Source: Octopus bimaculoides (taxonomy: Eukaryota). From it: DNA of 64,000 nt. The stretch's first letter is position 1, and every line of letters starts with the position of its first letter. This document shows positions 51,539 to 64,000 of the stretch, one piece after another. A program made the translations under genes and the position numbers. The DNA lies in assembly GCF_001194135.2 (NCBI RefSeq), contig NC_068981.1:80787473-80851472 (forward strand). The letters run 5' to 3'. The notes beneath the pieces were generated by a model. It was given only the letters and a program-made list of their open reading frames with translations, was not told the DNA's origin and ran no database searches.

Positions 51539-52386
51539 TCAAATGAAATGATTGGCAATTTATGTAATAATTTCAAACACATTATCATCGTTAAGTAACT
51601 AAATAAAATGACGTCTTCAGGAGATAACGTGATTTGCCAATGTGAATTTTTCATATAAATATAAAAGTAAAGTTAAAACAAACAGAAAACGCGGTTCACA
51701 TTAGAGATAAGAAATATCTCTTGAAAAACGAGAAGAATATTTTGTTTATTTGTACACTCAGTGCAACTGTTTTAGAATGTCTTTTCTTCTCACCGTTTCC
51801 TGTTCAAACGCTTATGATTGAAGTTTAGCGATGTAAAGCCTATCTTCATGTACAAGTTTTCCGTATATATTTATTCGCGCCCTACCTCTGTATGTATGTA
51901 TGTATGTATAGGCTGATAAAGATCATTACATATCCGATTATAAATTCATCATGCTCTTATTCAGATTGCTCTGAGGATCACAAGACGAAAACACGAGTAA
52001 ATGGAATATATTGATCTTTTCAGTTCCCTAAATAAATATTATGCTATATATTATTATATATTGGGTTCCCTGTTCTTAGGAGAATGTGTACATAGTATTC
52101 AAAGGCTTCTTCAGTTACAAACTAATACACACACAAACATAGACATAGTAACATAAATATACTTATGCACGCGCACGCGCACACACACATGTATATATAA
52201 TTGTGTAATCATATTCATGTAATGTACGTGTATATACGTAATAATGACAATTCACGCCATGTTACTCACTTTATTTGAATATATGATTTCTGTTTACACG
52301 TACAAAGACAATAAACACTTCCAACTGCGCTTGCACTTTAGATATAATATGCACGCAGCAAACACATTTACGCACACACACACACA

Positions 52387-52420
<34 letters not shown>

Positions 52421-52503
52421 TCCACTCATACAAACGGACATATATAAGAACTATGTGAATGTGTATCACAGGCAAACTGAAAGCGTACTCCAACATACAC
52501 ATA

Positions 52504-52550
<47 letters not shown>

Positions 52551-52587
52551 AATGTACATATTCTTTTATTATTGTTAGAATTACTAG

Positions 52588-53222
52588 CAAGGTAGGGAGC
52601 TGGTAGGATCGCTCTGAGTTCAAATTCTGTCGAGGTCGACTTTGCCTTTTCATCTTTAAGGGAACGATAAAATAAGTATCAATTGAGCATTAACGTTGAT
52701 AGTGTCGACTTGTCCCTTCCCGTACCACTACTGGCCTTGTGCCAAAATTGGACACCATTACAAGAATTACAAGCAAAGTGGCGAGCTGGTAGAATCGTTA
52801 GGATGTCGGACAAAATATCAATACATAGCGGCACTTGGCCTACTCTTTTTGATCTGAGTTCAATTCTCACCGAGGTTAAATTTTGGGTTCAACAAAATAA
52901 AGTACCAGTTAAGTACTGAGGTCGATGTAATCGATTAACATTTTACCCTAAAAAATAATTGCTGACCTCATGCCGTTATTTCAAGGGTTTATTAGAATTG
53001 CTTGGGCAAGTAGCTAACAGAATCATTACTGTTTTGGAAGGAATGTCGTGCGGCACTTGTCCGACCCTTTACGTTGTAAGTTCAAATCCCGCCGAGGTCA
53101 ACATTGTTTTTCATACTTTCTTAGTCAATAAATTAAAATTACCAGTCAAGTATTGGGGCGGATGTAATCGATTAACTACTTCTCTTTAGAATTGTTCACC
53201 TTATGCCTAAATTAGAAACCAA
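52588..53222 (+). mobile_element. Three head-to-tail diverged SINE C copies
   Basis: Three GAG/AAGTTCAA...GAGGT cores at about 52615, 52855 and 53080, each unit ending in a tail variant. Confidence 0.8.
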
Positions 53223-53631
53223 ATATTAGAATTGTCATGTCTTGAAAATTGCCTTACCACATTCCCAGCAGGTTAACTCTGTTAATTCCCTTGTAAGACT
53301 CCTTATTTACTGCTGCATTCGTGTGTTTGTTTTTGTTTGTTTGCTTTTTGTCCTCTAAGATAAAATTAGGTCACTATTTTTTATGGTACCATGCAGAGTG
53401 TCTGTCTGTCTGTCTGTCTGTGTTTGTGTATGCATATATATGTATATACATACATAAACCATAAAAAGTCAGTATGTGTGAGAGATGAAAATATTTCTTT
53501 AAGCAATTGACATCCTTAGGGTTACGGTCGTTTCACACCCTTCTTAATGTTGTAATAAATTTAGTGTGAAATAAATTGTTTACATCAATATGTTTGCATT
53601 AATATACATACTACGCATTTCCCAATACATT

Positions 53632-53672
<41 letters not shown>

Positions 53673-54094
53673 NNNNNNNNNNNNNNNNNNNNNNNNNNNN
53701 NNNNNNNNNNNNNNNNNNNNNNNNNNNNNNNNNNNNNNNNNNNNNNNNNNNNNNNNNNNNNNNNNNNNNNNNATGTATATATATATATACCTACATGTAA
53801 ATGTATATATATATGTATATATTTATATATAAACATAAGCCATGTTCCCTATGATCCGTGTTTATATGTAATCTGGTTATTCCGCTGAAGATAGTTTGAC
53901 CTTGTAAGGTATATTTTTATTTTGCTAAAATAACTTGAAACTATGGTACGGAATATAGATTGGTAAATGTTTTTATTTTTCATTCCCTTTCGAAATTATT
54001 CCTATTTTTGTGGTATAGAGTTTTTTGCTGCTCTTCCTAGCGGGTCAGATGTCCTATTATAGGCATCTCTGTATTTTAAATGAATAATATAGAT

Positions 54095-54585
54095 AGATAG
54101 ATAACTTTTATTGGCTGCACACAGAGGGGACAAATACAATTGTAGAGCTTTTCTATTAGAAAAGTACAAATTCCGATCAAAAGGGATCGGTAGAAAAAAA
54201 AGTCAAAAGGGATCGTGTATCACAGAAAATGTTTAAGGTGTAAAAAGATAACATTAGGTTTATCCATGGAGAGAAAAGCCTACTGAAAAGACCACGGTAA
54301 CCTCACCAGGGAATAGACACATGAGAGCAAGGTACTCTCTCTCTCTCTCTTTATTTTTCTCGATTTACAGGGTCATGCTCAAAGAGGTATCTTCACTCGC
54401 ACGCACTATCTTTGCTACATTCACCCACCTTTTATTGAAACTTTCACGAGGGAAAACCTGCCTCTCCATTCTCACCTTCCTTTTCAAGTGATATTTGAAA
54501 AAGTTGATGAGCGATTGGCCAGAGCGGTAGGTTTTCGTCTCTAATCCTTTCGCTCTAATACTAACGCACAGAAAAATTAAAACAC
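54095..54585 (-). mobile_element. 5'-truncated Tx1/L1-clade LINE (ORF2 C-terminus plus 3'UTR)
   Basis: GQSLINFFKYHLKRKVRMERQVFPRESFNKRWVNVAKIVR*; 3' end TTGTCCCCTCTGTGTGCAGCCAATAAAAG followed by (TATC)n. Confidence 0.8.
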
Positions 54586-55665
54586 GCGGGTGAAATAAAC
54601 ATAGACATAGCGTCACAAACAACAGTGAACCACAACACAGCGTGCAGTTGTCATGGTAAAAAGTTGTTAATGCCACACTGTCTGTTGATTGGCTAAAATT
54701 ACCCAAAATATCCCAACTTTAATTCCAAATAACATCAGATTCTTTAATTTACGAGATAAATTGGTTAACTGCAATCAAAATTCAGAGTTGCATCGATGCA
54801 CCAAAATTGAAAGCGATCTGAGCAAAATTAAGTGGAGCTCATTTTGCGGATGAGGAAGACTAGATCCCACATATACATACAGTTAAATTGCCGGTAAGAT
54901 ACTACCAAATATATTAAAGGCTTATACGTCAATACTATAGAAAATCTGGAGAGATAACTTTAAAATGTGATACATGCAGTGTGTATCTTGTTGTGCATCG
55001 TTCATACGTATATTTGAGGTGTGCGGGTTAATTCCGCAGAAGAAATTATTTCTAGCTCTACCTTCAAAATATTTTCCAAAGTTAAATTTGAACTTCGATT
55101 ACATTCTCTCTGAGTTCTATTGGAACTGTACATCTTCTGTTAGTCACAATATTTATGTCATTATCGAACACACATACACGGTGTATGTGCTTTGCTTGTT
55201 CGCTGGTCGGCTGCGATTTGACGCGCAGACGACACTTCGCTTCACAGTAACATAATACATATAATATACCTACTGATCCAAACACTCTCACACATGTACA
55301 CACAAAACGATGTCCAACGGACAAATAAAAGTATACATAAAGCTGAAAATGAAACACATGCATATATTTATAGATTCAACAGCACTTGCATAAACGCATA
55401 TGTCTACGCTTAAGGAAACTAACGTGTCTTTTGCATACACAAACACGTACACATAGGTAAAAGTAAACACATAAACGCACCAACACAATTTAATACTTTT
55501 GTAGCCAAGCCTAAAATATATGTCCCATAGGAAAAGCAGATCGAATTTCTAGCGATGCTAAAGTTTACGATGAGATATTGCATTCAGATGTTTTCCAGAT
55601 AAGATTATTTTGCAATATTTTTGCAACATGCAGGATACATAAATCATACGTACCACATAATCACA

Positions 55666-55779
<114 letters not shown>

Positions 55780-55887
55780 CTTTCACTGCGATGTGTGTAT
55801 ATATATATGCATCTAAATACATACATATGCCTATATGCATGTATGTTCATGTGTATGTGGGTTTCCATTCACACATACACATAAAAG

Positions 55888-55920
<33 letters not shown>

Positions 55921-56499
55921 GTCACTTTTTGAGGTAATACCTACAGATATGCTATAGAATTTAGAGCCAGCACTGAGAGCTACAACGTTTCGTATATGAA
56001 TACTTGTATCTAGAGAATGCGATCGAAGATAAGAAAAATAGGTAATGGGTGTATATGCATATTTCAGTAGCTATTGCTCCTTCTTCAGCACCACCTCTAA
56101 CCATCCACGAACAAATTGTTTAAATAGCCGCTAGATTTAGCAGTGTAACGCAATTGGATAGACCAATTGTACATGTATCTCAGGCTTCTTTCATTTTTCG
56201 TGCACACATACGAGCTTGCACACACTCACATGCTCATACCGAACAATTTCAAAACAACGCCAAATCATACATTCAAAATAAATGGAAGTGGAGAGACAAG
56301 TTACTGAAGAGATTGCATGAGTGCAATGAAATGATTTAACAAAAAACTAAATACTGTTTATAAATTAATAAAAGACTGAACCAGTGCGTGTGTTTATTAC
56401 CGGCATAATGCCTCTCCCAAGCTTTAATTGTATTTCTTTCAACACACGTATCCACATCAAGAATCTTTCACACGAAATACACATACAAAAAATAATAAT

Positions 56500-56670
56500 T
56501 TCTACTAAAGGCTCAAGACCTGAAGTTTGGAGGAGGGGGCCTAGTCGATTTGAATGACCCCAGTACACAACTGGTACTTAATTTATCGATCTCGAAAGGA
56601 TGAAAGGCAAAGTAATCTCCGGCGAACTTTCAACTCAGAACGTAAAGATGGACGAAATGCCACTAAACAA
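56500..56670 (-). mobile_element. SINE C
   Basis: GGTACTTAATTTATCGATCTCGAAAGGATGAAAGGCAAAG core. Confidence 0.8.
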
Positions 56671-57204
56671 AAGAAGCGGAAGCGATGTTCATGTTTTTAT
56701 GTTTCATTTCTTTCGTGTTGTTGTTGTTGTTGTCACTGCTGCTGCTGATGTTGTCGTTGTCGACACCGAAAGTTTTGACGTTGCTTAGAGACAAAATATT
56801 ATTCGCCTGGTGACATCATTAAGTTTAGGCCATTTTATATTCTTGTTCTCATTTTTTTTTTCTGACGAAGAACGCGCTCCTTTGTCGAACATTATGATGA
56901 CTTCTTTATCAGCCATCTTTATCAGAATAACGAAAACAGCAAAATGTTATTTTTTCCGAAAGTTGTTAAGATTACAAAAAAAAAAAAATTGATTCACACT
57001 CCCTGCAAAACAGGTGTTTCTACACAAAAATACTATCTGCCCAGTCCAGACAATCTCAGAAATACAATGGTAACAATAAAATGAAAACACGGGGCTTAGA
57101 AGGCCAAAAAGATTGCAAACACTATTTCAACTTACGGAGCTCCAAATTTCCGTGACTTAACAGTGTGGCTGCCATAATATATAATTAATAATAATAATAA
57201 TAAT

Positions 57205-57443
57205 CCTTTCTACTGGAGGCACAAGGCCTCAAATTCGGGGGGAGTGGACTAGTTGTTTACAATGTGGGTGAGGAGATTGTCGATTACATCGACCGGAGTG
57301 TTTCACTGGTACTTAATTTATCGACCCCGAAAGTATGAAAGGCAAAGTCGACCTCGGCAGAATTTGAACTCAGAACGTAGCGACGGGCGAAATACCGCTA
57401 AGCATTCCGTCCAGCGCGCTAACGGTTCAACTAGCTCACCGCT
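57205..57443 (-). mobile_element. SINE C (intact target hairpin) with (TAT)n tail
   Basis: GGGCGAAATACCGCTAAGCATTCCGTCC is uninterrupted. Confidence 0.88.
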
Positions 57444-57564
57444 TTAATAATAGTAATAATAATGATAACCTATCATGTACATTGTTTTGTCTTAGTATAA
57501 AAGATGGGCTACAGCAAATATTCTGCTCAATAGTTAGTTGTTTGACCTTAACCAGTTGAGCATT

Positions 57565-58560
57565 TATTGGCCACCAGGGCCGACATATAGGGGACAATAC
57601 TGTAGACGTGGACTGTGGGGATTTTAGACAAAACAACGAGTACACAATTAAAACAATAACAATAATATCAAACAATAAAAACATAACAATGAAAGCTCCT
57701 CAATACAGGGTGAGTTACCACCAGTGGTTGGCTCAGGTACTCCACCAATCCTTCGTTTCGAGGGTATCCGGTAAGGGCACCCTCCTCCTTCTCAAATTTA
57801 CTAGCCTACAGGCGCATTATTAGAGTAGGTCCACTCATACGGGCCATTTTCGCTACGTTCACCCACCTTTTAGCAAATGTACTAGAGGGACAGCACTTCT
57901 CTCTCCATCCTCATCTTCCTAAAAAGTTAATGAGGGATTTGCCTAAGAGAAAAGTGTCTTTCTTCAGTCCTTTCAACCTGGTCCACCATACAACTTCTTT
58001 CGCTACTGCTATCAGACAGAGGAAAATTGCTTGCCCTTCTTGACCAATGGAATGCGGAGGATCGATCTTCAGTATGGAGTCGGCCGATAGCCGGGTCCGT
58101 CTTACACGTGAGAACAGCTCTTCAGCATAACTCCACAAGTCAGTAATGCATGGACACTAGACACTAGAGTGTGTGCAGAACGGTTTCGTAACTCTGCATG
58201 CATCTCGGGCAGGTCCGTCTGACAGCACTTCGGTGCCTGTAGAGTTTATCTCGAACTGGCAGTGCCCCCCCCCCCCCGGTAGCACTGCCAAACCAGGGAT
58301 TTCTGGAAGTTATCCATCGTCCCCGGCTCGAAAGTCCTCCTGAACGGACTGGTCAGTTCGACTTCGTCGACGTCCAGCGCCTCTCCGAGTGCATCATCGC
58401 TCTTTCCCTCCGCTAACCCGATATAGAACTCGAGAGTGGATGTTCCACTGGTCGCATTGCCTGACTGGTAGAGGGAAGTGAGTGGCTGGCAACATTCCAG
58501 GTGCCAGTCACTCTGTCTCGGTCTTATCTTGACCCAGGAATGTGCTCGAAAAATAAGGGG
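57565..58560 (-). mobile_element. 5'-truncated Tx1/L1-clade LINE (ORF2 zf-RVT region, C-terminus and 3'UTR)
   Basis: FQKSLVWQCYRG..ALPVRDKLYRH...CPRCMQSYETVLH...WSYAEELFSR...WWTRLKGL...KRWVNVAKMAR*; 3' end TTGTCCCCTATATGTCGGCCCTGGTGGCCAATAAAT. Confidence 0.88.
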
Positions 58561-60301
58561 TGTTGCCTTAGTTCACTGGTAGTGAACAGCTGACACTATA
58601 GTACATCTCCAGCGTTAGAAGCTGTGCAAAGGCAATAATAATAAAAACAATAATTTACAATTCCTATTCGGGAATATTACACTCGTTTTGTTGATCAATT
58701 GAATCTAGAATTACTTAAACATTATAAAGTGAAATGGTATATAATTTGCTGTCATTTGCCAAGTTCCTTGTTCATTATCAGCAATCTTCCAAACACGATT
58801 TTCCAAACTATAAACAGTATTGAAGTTTACAATTTTCTTTATTTTTTCCTTTTTTTTAATTCAATCTATCTTCGGTTTACTGTCTGTTGCAATTGTCTGT
58901 TGCAATAAAACATGACAGATATAAAATATTTTGATGTTTAAACTTGATAGTAACAATAACAACAGACAAATCAACAGGGTCCTAACTACTTGGATCTGTC
59001 TTTTGTAGACGAGTTGTTTATTTTTTAGCCTCAAGTCGCTGCTCTTTATTAAGCAGGCCTATGATTGAAAGACATTTCCAGCCATGACCAACACATTTTT
59101 TCCTACTAAAGTGTCCTTTCAAATTACATTACTCAGTATATTATTTTCTAAGATGACCTGTTAGGTTTGAGTGAGATTTGGCTGATATTTCCAGCAGGTC
59201 GTAAACCTCACAGAGGCTCTCTTGTCTCTCGTCAAGCTTTTTTTCAGTGAGTACAGTTACAAACTCTTGCGTCTGTGTGTATGTGTGTGTGTTTTTTGTG
59301 TGTGTGTGTGTGTGTTTTAGTGAGTGTGTTTGATTTTTTTCTAGTTCTTTATATTTTCTATCATATTCTAAATAAGTTAAAGGAGCGAGTTATAGTTATG
59401 ACATGTGCAGCACTTCCTACACTTGTGTGATTAATAAGATTGATGTCTCAATATCTGCAGGAAAAAAGTGGGCAGAAGTCTGAATTCAAACCAATTCCGG
59501 AGAAGAAAAATATTTTAAAATATTCAGAGACGGATTTACAAAATGACACTCTGTAGGAGGAATAGGGATGAGGAGAAATAGGAGTGACGACCGAGATCGG
59601 GAAGAGGATGTGTGAAATTATTTGGTTCAGGCGACCAGAAGCATTTATGCAGTGGATGAAGTGGCGTAGAGATAAAACAGTGCATTATTAACCGAAATGT
59701 TTATAATTGCTTTGTTACAAAAAACACTGCTACATTGAACATTGAATATCTCAAAATCATATTTTAAAAAATATTAAGCTCTGATGTTCAGTTTTTTCTG
59801 ACACAAATAATTTATAGAGATTCATAAAACAGAACCGGTCATTTATACGTGTGGATGTCAGTGAAAAAGAGGAGATGGAGGGGAGAAAGGCAGATATTCA
59901 TGGTCCAGTCAGGTATAAGGATAATATAATTTCAGCAAACAAATGCACAGGCCCGGGTTTTTATAGAACTGCTACAATTATTAACACATTTACTCGTACA
60001 ATTTTGTGAAAGTCTTCAATGAAAGGAAATGACTGTAGTAGAAGTTGTACTAGTGTGTCCTGATTTAAGTATATTTAGTATATTACAACGACATGTTGAA
60101 CTAATTTTGGAAGTACTTTCCCACACAGAACCAATGATTCATCCATACCCAAAATAACATCATCCTACATAAGCAAAAAAGATAATATATATTAAAACAT
60201 AATTCTACATTTAGACTTGCGGACATAAATGTCTACATAAAGAAGAGTGTTTCTATTAGTGGTGATCAGATGGCCTAACAAAGTATAGATGCATCTAAGC
60301 G

Positions 60302-60366
<65 letters not shown>

Positions 60367-60376
60367 NNNNNNNNNN

Positions 60377-60505
60377 CACACACACATATTTACATGCACA
60401 CACACACACACACATATTTACACGCACACACACACATATTTACACGCACACACACACATATTTACACGCACACACACACACACACATATTTACACACACG
60501 CACAT
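60377..60505. repeat. CA-derived minisatellite, unit (CA)n-TATTTACACG
   Basis: About five copies of CACACACATATTTACA(C/T)GCA. Confidence 0.85.
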
Positions 60506-60532
60506 GCACACACATATATGTATATATATATA

Positions 60533-61397
60533 CCGGGTGCTCGGAATAAATTGGACAATTTTTGTGTCGCCTTTTCTCTGGAACCGCTTCATGTATTGAT
60601 GAACAGTCAACAGCATTGGAGAGTATACAGATCAAAGTTATGCTTGAGAGGAAGTTAGCTGGAATGGAGCACTGGAATCCATCTGAATATTGAAAAGAAT
60701 TACCTGTATTATGATGATTCGTGCGGGGTATCAAAATGCCGACATCATGACTATTGCTCAATGCTCTGTGAACACTGTAACAGCTGTATGATGTGACATG
60801 GACATCATAAAAACTAAGTTTCCTCAAGCTATGATGGTCTTTAGATGGGCAACGTCATGCCGCCTCACATCGTCAAACTCAATTCAGACGGCAATGTGAA
60901 TCTGCTGCGGACTCTGGTAAATCCCTGTCTGGTGAGGGTTGTTGCTGGAAGGCCATATATGTAGCAGACGTATTCGGCTCTTGCAATACTTCCGGAAAGA
61001 GTCAAAAGTGGTTGTAGGAGAATTTCTACGACTTCATCAACTCAAATTTCTGGCCTTTTGATTCCCTTGGTTGTAATGCCATGGGTTATGTGTGGAGCGC
61101 GATTCAGAAAGACACCGACTGCTCTGACTGCAACACCAAGGCCGAGATGGAGTCCAAGATCAAAGAGATATTCGAAGATCTTCCCAAGGATACAATGAGG
61201 AACATATTCATCAGGTTCCAGATGCGTCCTGAGGCAGCAGGTGGAAGCTAAGGGCAGCTACTTTGAGTAAACTGTTACTTCCCAGCTATAACCTTCTTGG
61301 TATTTAGAAAAATTTTCTAGATACTTTTCCTTTTGGATGGTATTTTGTGTGTTCTTTTCCTTTTATAGAAACTGTCAAATTTAGCCCGAACACCCTG
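60533..61397 (+). mobile_element. Internally deleted Tc1/mariner-superfamily transposon (maT/DD37D-like)
   Basis: Imperfect TIRs TA|CCGGGTGCTCGGAATAAATTGGACAA and TTGACAG..AAATTTAGCCCGAACACCCTG|TA (right end); transposase remnants TKFPQAMMVF, VMPPH, FWPFDSLGCNAMGYVW (WPPNSPDxNPxDY-like). Confidence 0.85.
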
Positions 61398-62008
61398 TAT
61401 AATGTTGACGTCTTAAATTTAGAAATAATTCCTTATAAGAACGGTGGTTCTCGAAGTAAATAAAGCTATGAATAATTTGCCTCAAAAGGTATGTTAAGTT
61501 GTCAAACTCTAGTTGACTTACGAGACAGTTTAGTTTAGATTTTCCGACAATCTGAAACCAATCGAATTACAATTTCAGTTTCTTCTTTTTAAAATGGGAG
61601 TGATAGCAACAAATGAAGTGACGACATTTTTTATGAAGTTAACAGCCGTTTTCAAGCGATAGTGATAACTTAATATAATGCGTAGAAATGCGACAGTAAC
61701 TAGAGTCATCTGCATAACATCTGGTGGTCGTCTGCAAACTGTTTAAAAGGTAGTGGTATATATTCCCAGTTTGAAACTATCTAGTTTGTAAGTTTTCTTA
61801 AAATACAGCAAAAAATGTATATTAAGGAGGTTCGTATATGTTCGTCTTTGTTCTGAGTATATATACACGTGTGCATGTGCGCGTATATGTAGTTTGTGTG
61901 TGTGTATACATACATGCACAAGCACACACAAAAACATATACATATACGTACATAAATATTTGAAATATATACGCGTACATATACATGTGTATATATACGT
62001 ATACATGC

Positions 62009-62011
<3 letters not shown>

Positions 62012-62062
<51 letters not shown>
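62012..62062. repeat. (TA)n microsatellite
   Basis: Read directly from sequence. Confidence 0.95.
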
Positions 62063-62067
<5 letters not shown>

Positions 62068-62119
62068 TATATATAAACACACACACATATAGGCATACAG
62101 ATATGGATGTACATGTGTG

Positions 62120-62154
<35 letters not shown>

Positions 62155-62687
62155 CACATATACGCACAAAGAATTCACGAGATCCTTTATTAACCACTAC
62201 GATCGTTTCGACCCATCGTGCATCAATCTCTCGTGAGTGAGATGCTGTACAAACAGTTGTGTACATCTTTGATGTAGATGTATCTCGTCAGGGGACTTGC
62301 GAAAACTACTTCGTTTTTTAATGGTTTACTAATTTCAATTAGAATACATTTTGGTAGTTGTCTGTAGCTTGGCAAATGATATATATTTGAAGGAAAAAGA
62401 AGAAAACCATACAAGATAAACTATTGGCTTTATGAAAGTATCTCCGCTTCCAGTGATCGTATAACAATAGCTAAGTGGTAATTTAAAGTAACTTCAAACA
62501 AGGAGAGATAATTGCTCTCATGAATAAAAAATTCCCAGAAAGTGACATCCCATTAAGATTCTATCGTTACAAATTTCCCCGTTAATTATTGCTTAATCGA
62601 TTCCTCTCTCGAAGCTATAATTCTGTCATGCTGCATCGCAAGTTTTCGGATGGTGACTCTCATTTAGTCTAATCCCTCACTCTAGAC

Positions 62688-62919
62688 CAGGGATGGGCAA
62701 TTTTTCGTCAACTGGGGGCCGCATCGTACCATTTCCAAGTGGGAGAGGGCCACATGATAAAACACATATGCATGAAATATTACTTGCCCAATGTTTTGCA
62801 GTTCTTCTTAATTTTGTCTTAGTATGAAGGTTTATTTGTCTTCGTATGAAATTTTATTTGTCTTAGTATGAAATTAATAACCTAGAAACTCGTCGAGGGC
62901 CGCAGGTTGCCCATGCATG
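62688..62919. mobile_element. hAT (Charlie-type) MITE with 8-bp TSD
   Basis: TIR CAGGGATGGGCAA / TTGCCCATGCATG; perfect TSD CTCTAGAC at 62680-62687 and 62920-62927; internal ~25-bp tandem repeat. Confidence 0.92.
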
Positions 62920-64000
62920 CTCTAGACCTTCTTGGCTTACTTAGACATGTCAGGAATAAGACTTCTACTAGTAGAGCTCTTTGTGTTAAAGAGATATGCA
63001 TGTCCCACTACTTCTATCAAGATGAACACCATTGCAGATTTCTTTTCAAACATTTTGCTGGTGTTTTACAAGGATGCACTCTCGTACCTTGCTTAATTAT
63101 ACCCTGTTTTAATTATATCCTCCGTCCTTCAGTTGATTACAAGCAACTTGGTTTTAACTCGCAAAATCAAAGTGCCCTGGTTATCCAGTCCTAATAGATG
63201 TAGCTTATGCTAATAACTTAACCGTAATATCAGATACTAACATTTTACAAAACTTTTCTTGAATGTCAGCCTTTTGCATTAATTGATCATGTAGAATTTA
63301 ACTTCAAAAAAGCATAGACAGGACCAATAACTGATGAACATTCAAACCAGAAACATAAAGATGAAAATAAATATTTAGACAAAACCGTGAGAATGAGTAT
63401 TGGAAACTCTTTTGATGGATGGGGCGACATTCCAGAAAATTGTTACAGTTTTAACTGTATACAAAGTAGGGAAAAAACGACGATTCATACATTTGAAAGA
63501 ACTTGGCACAAAATTACCACACAACAGACTTGAAAGAGAAACTCTTCTCCATTCCTTTGCATGGTGCACAAGTGTATGGGTGTATGCGTGCGTGCGTGCG
63601 TGCATGTGGGTATGTATGTGTGTATAATTGTAAATGAATGTGTTTTGATAGTAACTATCAAATAATAATTGCTATCATAACACGGGTGACTAATCTAATG
63701 TTGGGTGTTTCTGAAATTTGTAGATATATATACAATTTGATGATTAAATATAAAATAAGAAGAGAAATTTACTGAAGCCATGTCTTACTTTACATTTCCA
63801 ATGTTGCACAATCATTTTCAAGCATTTATTACACGATTAAAAAGAAAATACAATTAATTATACGATATATTAAATGTTCATCTCTATCAAGTGTTCAGTG
63901 GAATGCCAAATAGCTCTAAATCTTATGGGAAACCATGCCTGCGATAAAGTTGGAGGCGAGATTTCATTTTCGATTATTTGCTTTTCTTTTTTTAGGATCG

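Overview
AT-rich, microsatellite-dense eukaryotic scaffold with 11 N-gaps, most flanked by (CA)n or (TA)n runs. The tRNA-headed SINE families and simple-repeat load point to an octopus or other coleoid cephalopod draft genome; this is inference, not a search result. I cannot support any intact host gene, and most listed ORFs are microsatellite or gap artefacts. The window is a transposon landscape: three main tRNA-derived SINE groups (here A/A', B, C); 3' fragments of Tx1/L1-type, R4/Dong-type, RTE and CR1/jockey-type LINEs; relics of Helitron, Merlin, maT/Tc1-mariner and hAT; hAT MITEs; a degenerate initiator tRNA-Met; and a ~520-bp inverted duplication. The standout is a set of three mutually divergent elements (E1 15081-17203 minus, E2 45819-47498, E3 48371-50177). 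Each carries only a LINE ORF1-like protein (RRM-like region, CCHC knuckle, basic linker, shared C-terminal domain) and no RT or endonuclease. All three have their 3' end at the same nucleotide of SINE-C, in the loop of a hairpin between its A and B boxes. Their 3' tail is shared with Tx1-type ORF2 fragments and with a SINE-C subfamily in the same window. This suggests a SINE-targeting, non-autonomous 'half-Tx1' system.
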